From a virus (Duplodnaviria > Caudoviricetes): 29,086 bases of DNA. The DNA is taken from positions 1-29,086 of IMG/VR virus record IMGVR_UViG_3300043407_000036; one strand, 5' to 3'. Of the stretch, positions 15,022-24,739 are shown piece by piece; the first letter of the stretch is position 1, and every line of letters starts with the position of its first letter. Under the pieces are notes generated by a model, which was given only the letters and a program-made list of their open reading frames with translations, was not told the origin of the DNA and searched no databases. Made by a program: the position numbers and the translations under genes.

Positions 15022-15809
15022 CAGCCAACCACCACAACGCGGTAAGCATCAGAAGCTGGAGCTGTGGCAAACACAATGGTCAAAGTGTTAGTGGTGGAAT
15101 GTGTCACGTCAGTCAACACCTCGTCGTATGTGCTGGCGTTATAGATTGTCACATGCACGTCACGACTGGCTAAGTTGTGGGTGACTGTGTAGCTGGTGGC
15201 GCTACCATCGCCAATACTGACGGAATATTTTTTAATTCGGCCTGACCAAGTGGCCAACTTCAATGGCGTAACAATCCGAGCGTCATCGGTGCCAGCGTCT
15301 GTCTCGGCTTGGGTGGCCAATTCAGCAATGCCAGCCGTGCTTTCGCTGGCCGCTGGGGCCGACGTACCAAAGGTAACCCAGCTAATAGTGCTGGAGCCAA
15401 TAGTGCCGTTTACTTGATCTTGGCGGTAGGTGGTTGCTGCGCTGGTCCCTTCTTCAACCGTGGTAACCGCCTGCTCCAATTCGGCAAAGGTGCTGGCATC
15501 AAGCGAACGGGTCATAGCGGTGCTAGCACCGTTCCATACATAAATCCCGTTTTCTGATGCAGTGGACTGCGCACGCACCAGCACACGGTCTTGGCTGGCC
15601 ATTGTGATGCCATCAATCGTGGCGCCAGGACTGCTTAGGTTCAGGTTGGCCTGCGTTGCCACCCGGCAGCTGTCTTTCCACGCCAGTCCTTCAACCAGTG
15701 AATCCACGTAGGACTTGCTAACTGCATCCCCACTGCTACTAGGACTTGGCAGGTTGATAACCTTGGAAACCGACTGGAAGTCAAAGTCGGCAAAAATCTT
15801 TTTGGACAT
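15021..15809 (-). CDS. Fibre-associated structural protein
   Basis: DAVSKSYVD, KDSCRVAT..IDG..DRVLV..Q..ENGIYV module and AGIAELATQAE..VTPLKL fibre repeat. Confidence 0.75.
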   Translation of the reverse strand: MSKKIFADFDFQSVSKVINLPSPSSSGDAVSKSYVDSLVEGLAWKDSCRVATQANLNLSSPGATIDGITMASQDRVLVRAQSTASENGIYVWNGASTAMTRSLDASTFAELEQAVTTVEEGTSAATTYRQDQVNGTIGSSTISWVTFGTSAPAASESTAGIAELATQAETDAGTDDARIVTPLKLATWSGRIKKYSVSIGDGSATSYTVTHNLASRDVHVTIYNASTYDEVLTDVTHSTTNTLTIVFATAPASDAYRVVVVG

Positions 15810-15810
15810 G

Positions 15811-16143
15811 TCAGATCAGCCTCGCAAAACCGGCAGTGGACACTGTTAATAGGATAACAGTTTGGTTGACGCTGGTATGCGAAACCTCAGCTTGAATTTG
15901 CTGGCTACCACTGTCGTAGACGTCAACGCTAGGCTTGTAGCCAAGATTGTGGTTGATGGTCCAAGTGGCTGACGAACTGGATTGAACGAAGTCGTAAGCT
16001 GCACCTACATCCCCTTTTGGACCTTGCGGACCAACAGTTGTTGCGGTAACCGTTGAGGTGACGGGAACCGTGACAACGGTGCTACTGCCATCTTCCGTTA
16101 CGGTTACCGTATTGGTTACGGAAGTTACGTTTACGGTTGTCAT
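15811..16143 (-). CDS. Small structural protein with a short collagen-like motif
   Basis: T/V-rich N-terminus, GPQGPKGD, WTINHNLGYKPSV. Confidence 0.7.
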   Translation of the reverse strand: MTTVNVTSVTNTVTVTEDGSSTVVTVPVTSTVTATTVGPQGPKGDVGAAYDFVQSSSSATWTINHNLGYKPSVDVYDSGSQQIQAEVSHTSVNQTVILLTVSTAGFARLI

Positions 16144-16478
16144 GCCGTATAACCTTCTGACACGTAGACAATACCTTCTAAGTAGTATTCCTTAAGGCCG
16201 CTGCCATTTGTAAGCAGTACGTCGTAATACGCTTCGCTGGGCAATGCTGCTGTTTGGGTAGCAGTCAACGCAATGGCAATGGTGCCAGTGCTGCGGTTCG
16301 TGTAGGTGACGGTAAAATCGGCATATTTTGTCGTGCGATCTTGATTCCATGTCTGTGCAGCAACTGTCCAGCCAGTCAGGTTGATTGCAGTGCCGGTGCT
16401 GTCTTTGAACTGGAGCGTGACGCTGTAATCCGCCCGGCGTTGCAGGCTGATGTTATATGTGCCGGGTGCTACTGCCAT
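16140..16478 (-). CDS. Beta-sandwich tail/baseplate adaptor-like protein (BppU-N-like)
   Basis: INLTGWT..GTIAIALTATQT..YYDVLL..LEGIVYV. Confidence 0.7.
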   Translation of the reverse strand: MAVAPGTYNISLQRRADYSVTLQFKDSTGTAINLTGWTVAAQTWNQDRTTKYADFTVTYTNRSTGTIAIALTATQTAALPSEAYYDVLLTNGSGLKEYYLEGIVYVSEGYTA

Positions 16479-16487
16479 GGTGACAGT

Positions 16488-16625
16488 CTAGCCTTTGCCT
16501 TGGCCACGGCGCTTCTTCCGACCGTGGTTTGGCCGTGATCGTTTGCCTTGACCTTGATTGGTCAGTTTTGGCGGCCCCGGCTGGTGGGTGATGTGTGCTG
16601 CACCAGCCTTTGCACGTACTGCCAT
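16488..16625 (-). CDS. Small basic protein (45 aa)
   Basis: Read manually: MAVRAKAGAAHITHQPGPPKLTNQGQGKRSRPNHGRKKRRGQGKG; fills the gap between neighbouring genes. Confidence 0.65.
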   Translation of the reverse strand: MAVRAKAGAAHITHQPGPPKLTNQGQGKRSRPNHGRKKRRGQGKG

Positions 16626-16628
16626 GGT

Positions 16629-16946
16629 TTACCAGGGGACGCCAGCGGCTTTGGTGGGAGCGCGTTGCTCGTCAAGTTGTGATTGAAGTGCCTCTTCAAT
16701 TTCGGCAACCTTCTCAGCGCCAAAGGATTCTTTGACCCAATCAACAATTTGATCTTCGGTCAGCTCAGCGTAAGGAGTGGTTATGTCGCCATCCAAACCA
16801 AGACTGCCGTACGCGCTCGCGGCGTAGGTGTCATCAGTGGCAGCCACTGTGTAATGAACCGTTACCACCTTCCCGTCTTGTGTATTTCGTTCCAAATTTG
16901 CCACCTTCCAAATGCAGGCGACGGCTGGTGCTTTAAGGGTTGCCAT
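16629..16946 (-). CDS. Tail fibre-associated/assembly protein
   Basis: WKVANLER..VHYTV..AYGSLGL..PYAELTEDQIVDWVK..GVPW; follows the fibre gene; start at MATLK. Confidence 0.7.
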   Translation of the reverse strand: MATLKAPAVACIWKVANLERNTQDGKVVTVHYTVAATDDTYAASAYGSLGLDGDITTPYAELTEDQIVDWVKESFGAEKVAEIEEALQSQLDEQRAPTKAAGVPW

Positions 16947-17027
16947 TGGATCTTGGTTTGTGTGAGCAGTGTAAGGCAGGTGCAACCAGTTGGGAATGGC
17001 CGGTTGCCCGCCGGGTAGTGAAGGTGA

Positions 17028-18521
17028 CTACGCGCCTTCAAGGGCTGCGACTTTGGCTTCAAGGGTTTCGATGCGGAGCTGTGCTTCCTGGAGAGCCTTA
17101 ATGGCCATCCACATCATTTGCTGCTCTTTAACGCCGAGTTTCTCTGGCTGATCTTCCGTTGCTTCCTGGAAGACGGTGATCACTTCGGGGCAGCTCTCAG
17201 CGACCTGCTGGGCAATCACACCTAGGCTCAAGTCGGCGTCATTGGATTGATCCCTGTAGCGGAAGTTGACAATCTCCCATTCTTTCAGGCAATCCCAAGT
17301 ACTAGCAGCGGCAGCAATGTCCTTTTTGACGTTGCGGTCGGAGAGATTTACGTCATTGGCGCTGTAGTTGGCCAATCCACCATTTGAACGCGCAACAAAT
17401 CTTGCTGTTGTGGAGTCATTTCCTTCAAAGAATGCATTGCCTGTTCCATTTGGAGACGCACTTGAATAGTTGACAATGATGCCCAACGGGTTTGAAGCAT
17501 GTGCCTGCCGAAAGTAGCAGGCGTATGTACCAGACGTAGCTTCGTAAAATGAATGACCGGAAAACGCAGTAGACGTGCCAACTAAGAGCCTGCCGGAGCT
17601 GTCGATGCGGGCTTTTTCTGTAATTGCGCCGCCGGTCCTGGTACCAAAGGTCAAGTACCCTGTTGAGTCACCACTTTCTACAACACCAGTAATGCTTCCA
17701 CCATCGGCAAAGCCTCCGGAAGTTTTAGCACCAATGTTTAAGACGTAACCTCTGTTTCCACTTGTAACATTTCGGTAGAATCCTGTCTGGAAATTACCAA
17801 GGACTGTAAGGTTTGTATCGCTGGGCATTTCAGTAGTGCCAATCCCTACTTTCCCGTCGTTCTTAATAATCATGCGCGTCTCAGGCGCACTATCTGTTGT
17901 CAGCGAACGAGTTGCGAAATGCAGGTCGGCACGTGTTGACCCCGAGCCGGAGTCCGTAATAGCTGCGATTGCTACTGGATGGTATGTACTGCTGAAGGTG
18001 TAGCCAAGTCCTATTTGTGAAACATTGCCGGCATTTCCGTTGTTATCGACCAGGATGCCCGTAGAAGCTTTTGCTCCAAGGGTTGAGACGTTTCCGGGGT
18101 AGCTAGTTAACAACGACGCAGGGCTACTAGTTCCTATGCCTACAAGGCCAGCCGATGTGATGTGAAGTCTATTTGAGCCTGCTGTTGCAAGTGCAACCGT
18201 ATCGGCACCGGGTGAAAATAGGCCGGTGTTGGTGTCGCCCGTGAAAAATAAGCTAGGCGCAGCGGCGCTACCAGCAGCAAGCGAAATGTCAGACGCAATG
18301 AACGTCCCGTCCAGCTCCCATAGCGAAATCCAGGCGCTGTTGGCGCCGTTCCGCATCTTCATGATGCCTGCCGTGGTGTCGGCCCACAGCATGTAGGCAT
18401 ACATCGTTGCAGGTGCCGATGCGCTGCTGTTTTGGCTGACAATGGCTGCCAGCGCTCCGTTTAAGTCGCTGCGGACTGCTGCACCAGTGCCATTAGCGAT
18501 GACGTAATCGTGAGTTGCCAC
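17028..18521 (-). CDS. Tail fibre with C-terminal intramolecular chaperone (peptidase S74)
   Basis: RI.S.G.VGIGT repeats; SDRNVKKDI autocleavage motif, GVIAQQV, terminal coiled coil. Confidence 0.9.
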   Translation of the reverse strand: MATHDYVIANGTGAAVRSDLNGALAAIVSQNSSASAPATMYAYMLWADTTAGIMKMRNGANSAWISLWELDGTFIASDISLAAGSAAAPSLFFTGDTNTGLFSPGADTVALATAGSNRLHITSAGLVGIGTSSPASLLTSYPGNVSTLGAKASTGILVDNNGNAGNVSQIGLGYTFSSTYHPVAIAAITDSGSGSTRADLHFATRSLTTDSAPETRMIIKNDGKVGIGTTEMPSDTNLTVLGNFQTGFYRNVTSGNRGYVLNIGAKTSGGFADGGSITGVVESGDSTGYLTFGTRTGGAITEKARIDSSGRLLVGTSTAFSGHSFYEATSGTYACYFRQAHASNPLGIIVNYSSASPNGTGNAFFEGNDSTTARFVARSNGGLANYSANDVNLSDRNVKKDIAAAASTWDCLKEWEIVNFRYRDQSNDADLSLGVIAQQVAESCPEVITVFQEATEDQPEKLGVKEQQMMWMAIKALQEAQLRIETLEAKVAALEGA

Positions 18522-18551
18522 GCCAGTTAGAAACTTATTTGTACCACCATC

Positions 18552-21500
18552 TTAAACCGACTTGCCGTAACCCACTGCACTCCAAGTAAAGTTTCTGCTG
18601 ATGGCGGTTCCAGCTGCGTTACGGAAGGTGATTTGGAAGTTGGTGCCGGTGACCGTGCCAAGCGTGAAGTAGTCGCCAGTGGCCATGTTCTGAGCTGTGA
18701 TGCCGATGCTAGGCAGGTAGGCATTGAGACCACCCAAGGCGGCGGTGCCGACAAAAAATGCCTTGTCGAACGTCACGGTTGCCGTGCCAGCACCACTGCT
18801 GACGGCGGCAGAACTCTGCTCCGTGCGTTGCTGGAATAGCGACTCATAGCCCAGTTCATCAATCAATATGTTTTGGGAAGCGTCAGCAGACTCCAACACT
18901 GCTTTGAATTCAAATCCTCGGCCAAGGAACGTGCCGTTTACGCATGGCTCATAAGCGCTCCAGGTCGGCGTGCCAGCAGGGTCATCGTTTGTGCGTCGTA
19001 CATAAAGGACAGCATTAACGGAGTCGGTGACTGCGCCATCCCAGTCGGACCAAAAATCAACTTCTTCTACACGGCTATCAATAAGGTCATTTGGATAAAA
19101 TCCACGGGTCACAAAATAACGCCGAAGGTCAAGGCTAAATACAGCACCAAGGTCTAGTGCGTCTTTGAAGTAGTACGTTCCTTCAGGCCATATGCCTCCT
19201 AGGTAATCGAATGAATAAACTGAATCTAAATCAGGTATTTCGTCTAGCGTGTTTAACCCGTCCAGCGTTAGGGCATCTAATTCTGCACTGTAAAAAACAT
19301 TTGTTTTTGTGCCTTGAAATGGCGGTGTATCTTGATCTTCTCTGCGGGTTAAAACAGGTAAACTTGTAAGCGTTGTAGGTATTGTAACAATTACGCTTGC
19401 TTCATTAGCTGATACCCTGCCGCCATCATCTTCAAATTTAACAAGAATTTCTCCATTCACCAAAGGCACAATAGCCTCTGTGGCCGAACCTGCTTTTGCT
19501 GGAATTAAGTCAATTGAGTTTCCCCAGGTGCCAGTTCCATCAGTCAGACCGCTATGGCGGATAAAAACAAAACCACCCGTTTTGACATCTAGATCAACTG
19601 TTTGATCCCAGCGCAGCCTGGCACTATTCGCGTTTATGCACTCAAGGCTTAAATTCTGTACATCTCCAGGCACGGCAGTTTTGCCGGCCAATTGGAAAGA
19701 CGCCGGGGCAATAACACTGGCATTATTTAAGCTATTAAGCGTTTGAATTTGTACTTGTAATGTGCCTTGATCTAAGTTGGCAATACGCAGCGAAGGTGAG
19801 GTGGTTTCAGTGGTGATCCAGTTGTTGCTGTCTAAGCGATATTGAACACGATAGCCGGCAACCCGCTGCACAGGGCTGATCCAACTTAAATCAAAACCTG
19901 TTAAAACGCTCTGACCTTCTTCATACAAAAATTCAACACCATTAATATCGCCTACTGGCTCTGGTTGCAACGACAGATTTGTAATATCACGAGGTGTAAT
20001 CTTTAAGTCACTTTCAATAGACATGTAAAGGTCAACATTGTATGCAAGCGCGGTTACACCAAAAATGCCAGGTTCCGACTCGGTGACCGCAATCACGCGG
20101 AACGTTTGCAATTCCACGTCGGTGGTTTCAATGACCCATACCGATTGACTATTGGGTGCTTCGCTGAATGCTGATGTGACCGTGACTACGCGACCAACTA
20201 TGCTGCTGATGTTGCGCGTCTCAACCAAGCCGGTGGGCATCATCACCGTAAGTGTTGCGCTGTTCGCAACAGTGACGCTTAAACCTTGTGTGCTGTCGAT
20301 TGTGACGGCTGTTGTGGTTGCGCTGCTAACACGACCACCACGACGTGATCCAGCCTTCAGTGGGTCGGCAACACTGATTACCATGCCGGGACGCAATACG
20401 ATGCCGCTGTCCAACGACACGGAAAATGTGACGGTTTCAGTAAGGTTCTGTTCGCTTAGCAACGTCCACTTGCCAGCGCGGTGCGCTTGCCCTTGGCTAT
20501 AGCAACCCAGCAGCTTGACATCGCGGTTGATGATGCCGTACTTGGCGATTGCCGCAGCGTCCTCAACGTATTCAAACTCAACTTCGCCTAAACCTTCGTA
20601 GGTCTGGTAACCGATGGTTGCGGTGCTAGCGCGTGCTTTCTGTGATGTGCCCGAGTAATTGAAAATACCTTCAATTACGTTGGCGGCAGAAATAACGTAT
20701 TGCGGATCCGATGGTTTGTCTTGATTGATCACCAAGGTGCCGGCGCCGTAGTAAGCAATGCCACGGAACAACGCCGTAAATTCTTGGATAACGTTGTAAA
20801 CCTCATCACGGCTGTTCAGCAGCAGGTTGCAAAGGAAGCGTGGCTCTTGACCACCTTTGCCATCACTGACCAGACCATTGCAGTATTGACTAATTGAGTA
20901 AAAGTCGTAGCGATCCAGACTGCTGACTGGAATAGATGCTCCATAGCGGGTGTTGGTCAGCAAATCCCATAGGCACCACGCCGGGTCTGCACACCATGTA
21001 GCAGCGCCAAACGTTCCGTCCCAAACGCCCGCATAGGTAACACGACCAAGGTACGTCGTTGTGTCCACCGTGGCATTGCTTGGTAGCTGAATCTTGATGC
21101 CACGTACCAAGTATTTGCGCGATGGAATGCTGTTAAACTGACGGCTATCAAACCGCAGGAACGCCAACGCGCTGTTTGGATAGCGCAATTTTTCGTCAAT
21201 AATTTCGGTGTAGCTATAGAAAAATGTGCGATTTTGATTGCGTGCGCTGGATGAATCCGCCGAAACACGAACTAGTCGAATGTCAACGGGAAAAGCACCG
21301 CTTAGCGTCAGCATGTAGTCACGCTGATAACTGTTGGTGGTTTTGCCGCTGATGGTATCCGACACTGCGGTTGTAAAGCCGCCACCGTTGTACTGGACTT
21401 GAATTTGTATACTTACACTGTTGCCAACAATATCGCCATTGTCTTGAATAACTTGACAAGCTGGCATTTGGACTGTAAGCCTTACGCGATCAACATCAAC

Positions 21501-21869
21501 GTCTGTAATTGTTCGAGTTACTGGTGCAATGTATGAAGCTTCAACGTTGACACCTTTTTCTAATTCAGTTCCGTTTGTATTTGGAATATATGTCTGCGCT
21601 TGTGTGCCGGTACGAGTGACAACCGTGTAACCAGTAAAATTGTCAGCACCAGTGCTGCTTTGAATTGGCGTTCCATCAAGGTAAATGCCTTGGACGCCGC
21701 CTTCAATTCCTTCAATTTCACCTTCGCTAAGCAGGTCTAGGACGCTGCCATATTGAACTGATTGAAGTGAATCATCGCTTTCGGTTGGCGTGTACGATTG
21801 ACCACCACCGCCACCTTTGCCGCCGCCGCCCATGCCGCCGGAACCTTGAATCGAACGATAAGTGCTCAT
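18552..21869 (-). CDS. Tail tip / host specificity protein (lambda gpJ-like)
   Basis: 1105 aa; DLLSEGEIEG, IYLDGTP, YPNSAL, DPAWCLWDLLT..RYG, FN3-like domains. Confidence 0.93.
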   Translation of the reverse strand: MSTYRSIQGSGGMGGGGKGGGGGQSYTPTESDDSLQSVQYGSVLDLLSEGEIEGIEGGVQGIYLDGTPIQSSTGADNFTGYTVVTRTGTQAQTYIPNTNGTELEKGVNVEASYIAPVTRTITDVDVDRVRLTVQMPACQVIQDNGDIVGNSVSIQIQVQYNGGGFTTAVSDTISGKTTNSYQRDYMLTLSGAFPVDIRLVRVSADSSSARNQNRTFFYSYTEIIDEKLRYPNSALAFLRFDSRQFNSIPSRKYLVRGIKIQLPSNATVDTTTYLGRVTYAGVWDGTFGAATWCADPAWCLWDLLTNTRYGASIPVSSLDRYDFYSISQYCNGLVSDGKGGQEPRFLCNLLLNSRDEVYNVIQEFTALFRGIAYYGAGTLVINQDKPSDPQYVISAANVIEGIFNYSGTSQKARASTATIGYQTYEGLGEVEFEYVEDAAAIAKYGIINRDVKLLGCYSQGQAHRAGKWTLLSEQNLTETVTFSVSLDSGIVLRPGMVISVADPLKAGSRRGGRVSSATTTAVTIDSTQGLSVTVANSATLTVMMPTGLVETRNISSIVGRVVTVTSAFSEAPNSQSVWVIETTDVELQTFRVIAVTESEPGIFGVTALAYNVDLYMSIESDLKITPRDITNLSLQPEPVGDINGVEFLYEEGQSVLTGFDLSWISPVQRVAGYRVQYRLDSNNWITTETTSPSLRIANLDQGTLQVQIQTLNSLNNASVIAPASFQLAGKTAVPGDVQNLSLECINANSARLRWDQTVDLDVKTGGFVFIRHSGLTDGTGTWGNSIDLIPAKAGSATEAIVPLVNGEILVKFEDDGGRVSANEASVIVTIPTTLTSLPVLTRREDQDTPPFQGTKTNVFYSAELDALTLDGLNTLDEIPDLDSVYSFDYLGGIWPEGTYYFKDALDLGAVFSLDLRRYFVTRGFYPNDLIDSRVEEVDFWSDWDGAVTDSVNAVLYVRRTNDDPAGTPTWSAYEPCVNGTFLGRGFEFKAVLESADASQNILIDELGYESLFQQRTEQSSAAVSSGAGTATVTFDKAFFVGTAALGGLNAYLPSIGITAQNMATGDYFTLGTVTGTNFQITFRNAAGTAISRNFTWSAVGYGKSV

Positions 21870-22495
21870 ATCAGTTGATCCACATCAAGACCGCTGCTGA
21901 TCACGGCTGATCCAATGTAGGCGCGACCATAACAAATAGGAACTGGCAATCCTTGTTGCACCGTGTTGGTAATACCTGAAAACGTAAACGATTCAAATCG
22001 TGCTGTTTCTTTGCCGCGTTCCATTGATGAAAAGTTAGGTGTTGGTGAAATAAGTTGAGAGATTCCGCCAAGAACCAATGAGGCTCCAATCCCGACAGCA
22101 ATAGTGCCATAAGTACCAATGCCCATAAATCCGCCAAGGGTGACACCAGCAGATGCAATCCCTCCAGTGATTATCGCCAAGGCAATAATTCCAATCCCAA
22201 TGCCAATCATTGCTCCTGTACGACCGGCACCAGCAATTACAGGTGTAATGCTAAAAACTTCACGCTCACTCCATGGCATGACCAACGGCGATAGGTCATC
22301 TTCGCCAATTTTTTCTTTGCCGATTGTTACGCGATACGCCACGCCATCCTGTTCACTATCCAGCAACCACTTGTCCAGGCCGGGGAAGTTGACGCACAAT
22401 GCCTTGATCGCCTGCGCTGGTGTATCGGCTTCAAACTGGAAACGGCATTGCCCCAAATACTTGCGTAGGGCGCCGTAGACCTTAACGACTTTCAT
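21866..22495 (-). CDS. Tail assembly protein (lambda gpI-like)
   Basis: VKVYGAL..AIKALC..PVIAGAG..hydrophobic segment..NTVQQGLPVPICYGR..GSAVISS. Confidence 0.9.
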   Translation of the reverse strand: MKVVKVYGALRKYLGQCRFQFEADTPAQAIKALCVNFPGLDKWLLDSEQDGVAYRVTIGKEKIGEDDLSPLVMPWSEREVFSITPVIAGAGRTGAMIGIGIGIIALAIITGGIASAGVTLGGFMGIGTYGTIAVGIGASLVLGGISQLISPTPNFSSMERGKETARFESFTFSGITNTVQQGLPVPICYGRAYIGSAVISSGLDVDQLI

Positions 22496-23195
22496 GCCGT
22501 AGGACCATGGCAGTGCTCTTGATATAGTAGCCGCCCAGCACGTCTCTACTGCTAAGTCGGCCTTGAACGTGGTGCAGGATCTGCTGGTCGCCAATGTAGA
22601 TGGCTGCGTGGTTAGGCAGCGATGATCCAAGCTGCATCAGCAGCGCATCGCCGTATTGCAGCTCCTCAAACGGCACTTTATGGAAGCCTTCACGGTGGAA
22701 GTTGTCTAGGTACAGGTCTTCGCCACGTTCCCAAAACTTGTCGCGGCGGTTGTAGTCGCTGAGCTGGAGGTCAAATTCTTTGCCGTACCAGTCCCGGCAC
22801 ATCGTGTAGCAATCCACTACGCCAAACACAAACTCCCGGCCCACATACGGCAATTCGTATGCCTCCGGCAGCGTCAGGCTTGATCCGCCAGTTTTGGGAT
22901 TGATGATGAACCATGGCAAGCTGGATTTTGCGCAGGCCACGCGATCCGCCTGACTTGGATTGGGATTGGTTGATGGGTGGCTGTGGACGATGGCCACGAT
23001 TTCGCCTTGATCCTCAACCGCTGCGTAGTCCTCGCCGCTGAGCACAAAATGCTCGTCGGGCGTATCGGCCAGGTTGGTGCAAGGGAAATACCGCTTGCGG
23101 CCCTTGACCACGGCAACCAAGCCGCAGCACTCGCGTGGATCTTCTGCCTGCGCGTGCTCCAGAATTGTTGCTTCCAGTGCTTTGCTGATGATCAT
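22482..23195 (-). CDS. Tail assembly protein (lambda gpK-like; JAB + NlpC/P60)
   Basis: ECCG, IVHSHP..PSQAD, GVVDCY, NHAAIY..ILHH. Confidence 0.93.
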   Translation of the reverse strand: MIISKALEATILEHAQAEDPRECCGLVAVVKGRKRYFPCTNLADTPDEHFVLSGEDYAAVEDQGEIVAIVHSHPSTNPNPSQADRVACAKSSLPWFIINPKTGGSSLTLPEAYELPYVGREFVFGVVDCYTMCRDWYGKEFDLQLSDYNRRDKFWERGEDLYLDNFHREGFHKVPFEELQYGDALLMQLGSSLPNHAAIYIGDQQILHHVQGRLSSRDVLGGYYIKSTAMVLRHESR

Positions 23196-24739
23196 TTGCT
23201 TAAACCTGCGCCAGGGAAGCTGCCAAATGGTAAAGCCGTATCAGGCGCTCTAAATGTGTATTTAGCATTAGAAGTGAATGTGTAAGTTGCAGAAGATGGA
23301 GACGCTGGGAAGAAGTACAACTGAACGACTGATTGATCCCTTTCTAGATTTCCGTATCCATTTATTTGAATGTAACCCGAGTCTATTGCTGAAATTGTTG
23401 TATCAATTCCGTTGCTACCAAAAACACGCATTCCGACGCTAAGGCTTGCCGTATCAATGTTAATTTGTTGGCTAACAACAACATACCTTGCGAGTGCCCC
23501 GCGCCAAATCTTATAGTTTTGCACCGTGGGAACATATGTCCCACTTCGAGCAATGGTGTAAGGTCTATTGCTTATGGTTATTGTTGTTCCTGATATTTCA
23601 GTGACAGTTGTATTTGCCGCAATGTAAGTACCAATCACGACCTGACCAACTGATATTCCCGTGTTACTTGAAACAACTATGGAGGCAGAGCTTACATCAA
23701 CTGTTCCTGTTTTCGTCAACAATGTTGTCATTGTTGCAGCCTGGCTCAAAGTTAAAGTTGTGGCGTCAACAATTGCACTAATTGTTGTGCTGGCTGGAAT
23801 GCCAAGCCCAGACACGGCTTGCCCCGCATTGAAATTAAAATAAGATGCAACGGTCATTGTTGTGCTCCCGTTAGTCACGCCTCCATCTAATGTAAATGGA
23901 GTAAATCGAACGTTACAACTACTCAGCCTTTTGCCACACACATCGCTGCCACTAGATGCAACTTTGTTATCGTTGATGTCGTAATAATCAGTTCCGGTGT
24001 AACCGCACTCACCACCGCGATAAACCCACTGGCAAATGTTGGCAATGACCTGACGCCGGGGAAGCATGACGCCCACAAGATCAAACTTGCTGGCCAGCTC
24101 GAACTCGACAACGGCGCGGTTTTCATTTGACTTGCGGTCTACATACCAGATCTCGTCAGGAAATTTGGCGTGGGGATCGGCACCGGCTGCACCGTCCAAA
24201 TACTTTTTAAGAGTGCGGATGCGAACCACCTTGGCGCCACCAAGGTCATTACCTGTGGTAATCAGGTTGACCTGAAGCAGTAAGGCGGTAATGCTGCTGC
24301 CAATGTTGCTGACCGTTAGCTTGGGCCTGGGCAAACTGCCGCTGCTGCTGTAGTCAAAGCCAGTGGCCTCAAGCGGCAGGCGCACATAAGACTGGCCGTT
24401 CCAGACCACGTTGCCGGTCACGGCAGCATTCACGCCGTTGTGGAAGTAGTAAATATCTGAACTGCCATGCAGCGTCGCGTCAAGGTGCAGTTGGAACAGC
24501 TCGATGATGGCGTTTGGTTCCAACACGCTGAGGTCTTCGTAGACCGCGCTGATCCCCGTCCAGGTGACCGTACCATCAACCGTGGTGCCATCAATCAGCG
24601 TTGGCCATGCCGGTTGGCTCGCGCCAGAAGTGCCCGCTGTGGTGCATTTGAAAACCAAGCCAAAATCCTGCACCGTCGTGGCGCGGACAATGGCGCCGAC
24701 GGCGTAACTGGTGGTAGCGGCCCAGCTTGCGTATGCCAT
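23192..24739 (-). CDS. Minor tail protein (lambda gpL-like) with N-terminal extension and internal insertion
   Basis: IELF..PLEATGF..LPRPKLTVSN..VEFELAS..CQWVYRGGECGY..CGKRLSSC..LPFGSFPG; 515 aa. Confidence 0.9.
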   Translation of the reverse strand: MAYASWAATTSYAVGAIVRATTVQDFGLVFKCTTAGTSGASQPAWPTLIDGTTVDGTVTWTGISAVYEDLSVLEPNAIIELFQLHLDATLHGSSDIYYFHNGVNAAVTGNVVWNGQSYVRLPLEATGFDYSSSGSLPRPKLTVSNIGSSITALLLQVNLITTGNDLGGAKVVRIRTLKKYLDGAAGADPHAKFPDEIWYVDRKSNENRAVVEFELASKFDLVGVMLPRRQVIANICQWVYRGGECGYTGTDYYDINDNKVASSGSDVCGKRLSSCNVRFTPFTLDGGVTNGSTTMTVASYFNFNAGQAVSGLGIPASTTISAIVDATTLTLSQAATMTTLLTKTGTVDVSSASIVVSSNTGISVGQVVIGTYIAANTTVTEISGTTITISNRPYTIARSGTYVPTVQNYKIWRGALARYVVVSQQINIDTASLSVGMRVFGSNGIDTTISAIDSGYIQINGYGNLERDQSVVQLYFFPASPSSATYTFTSNAKYTFRAPDTALPFGSFPGAGLSK

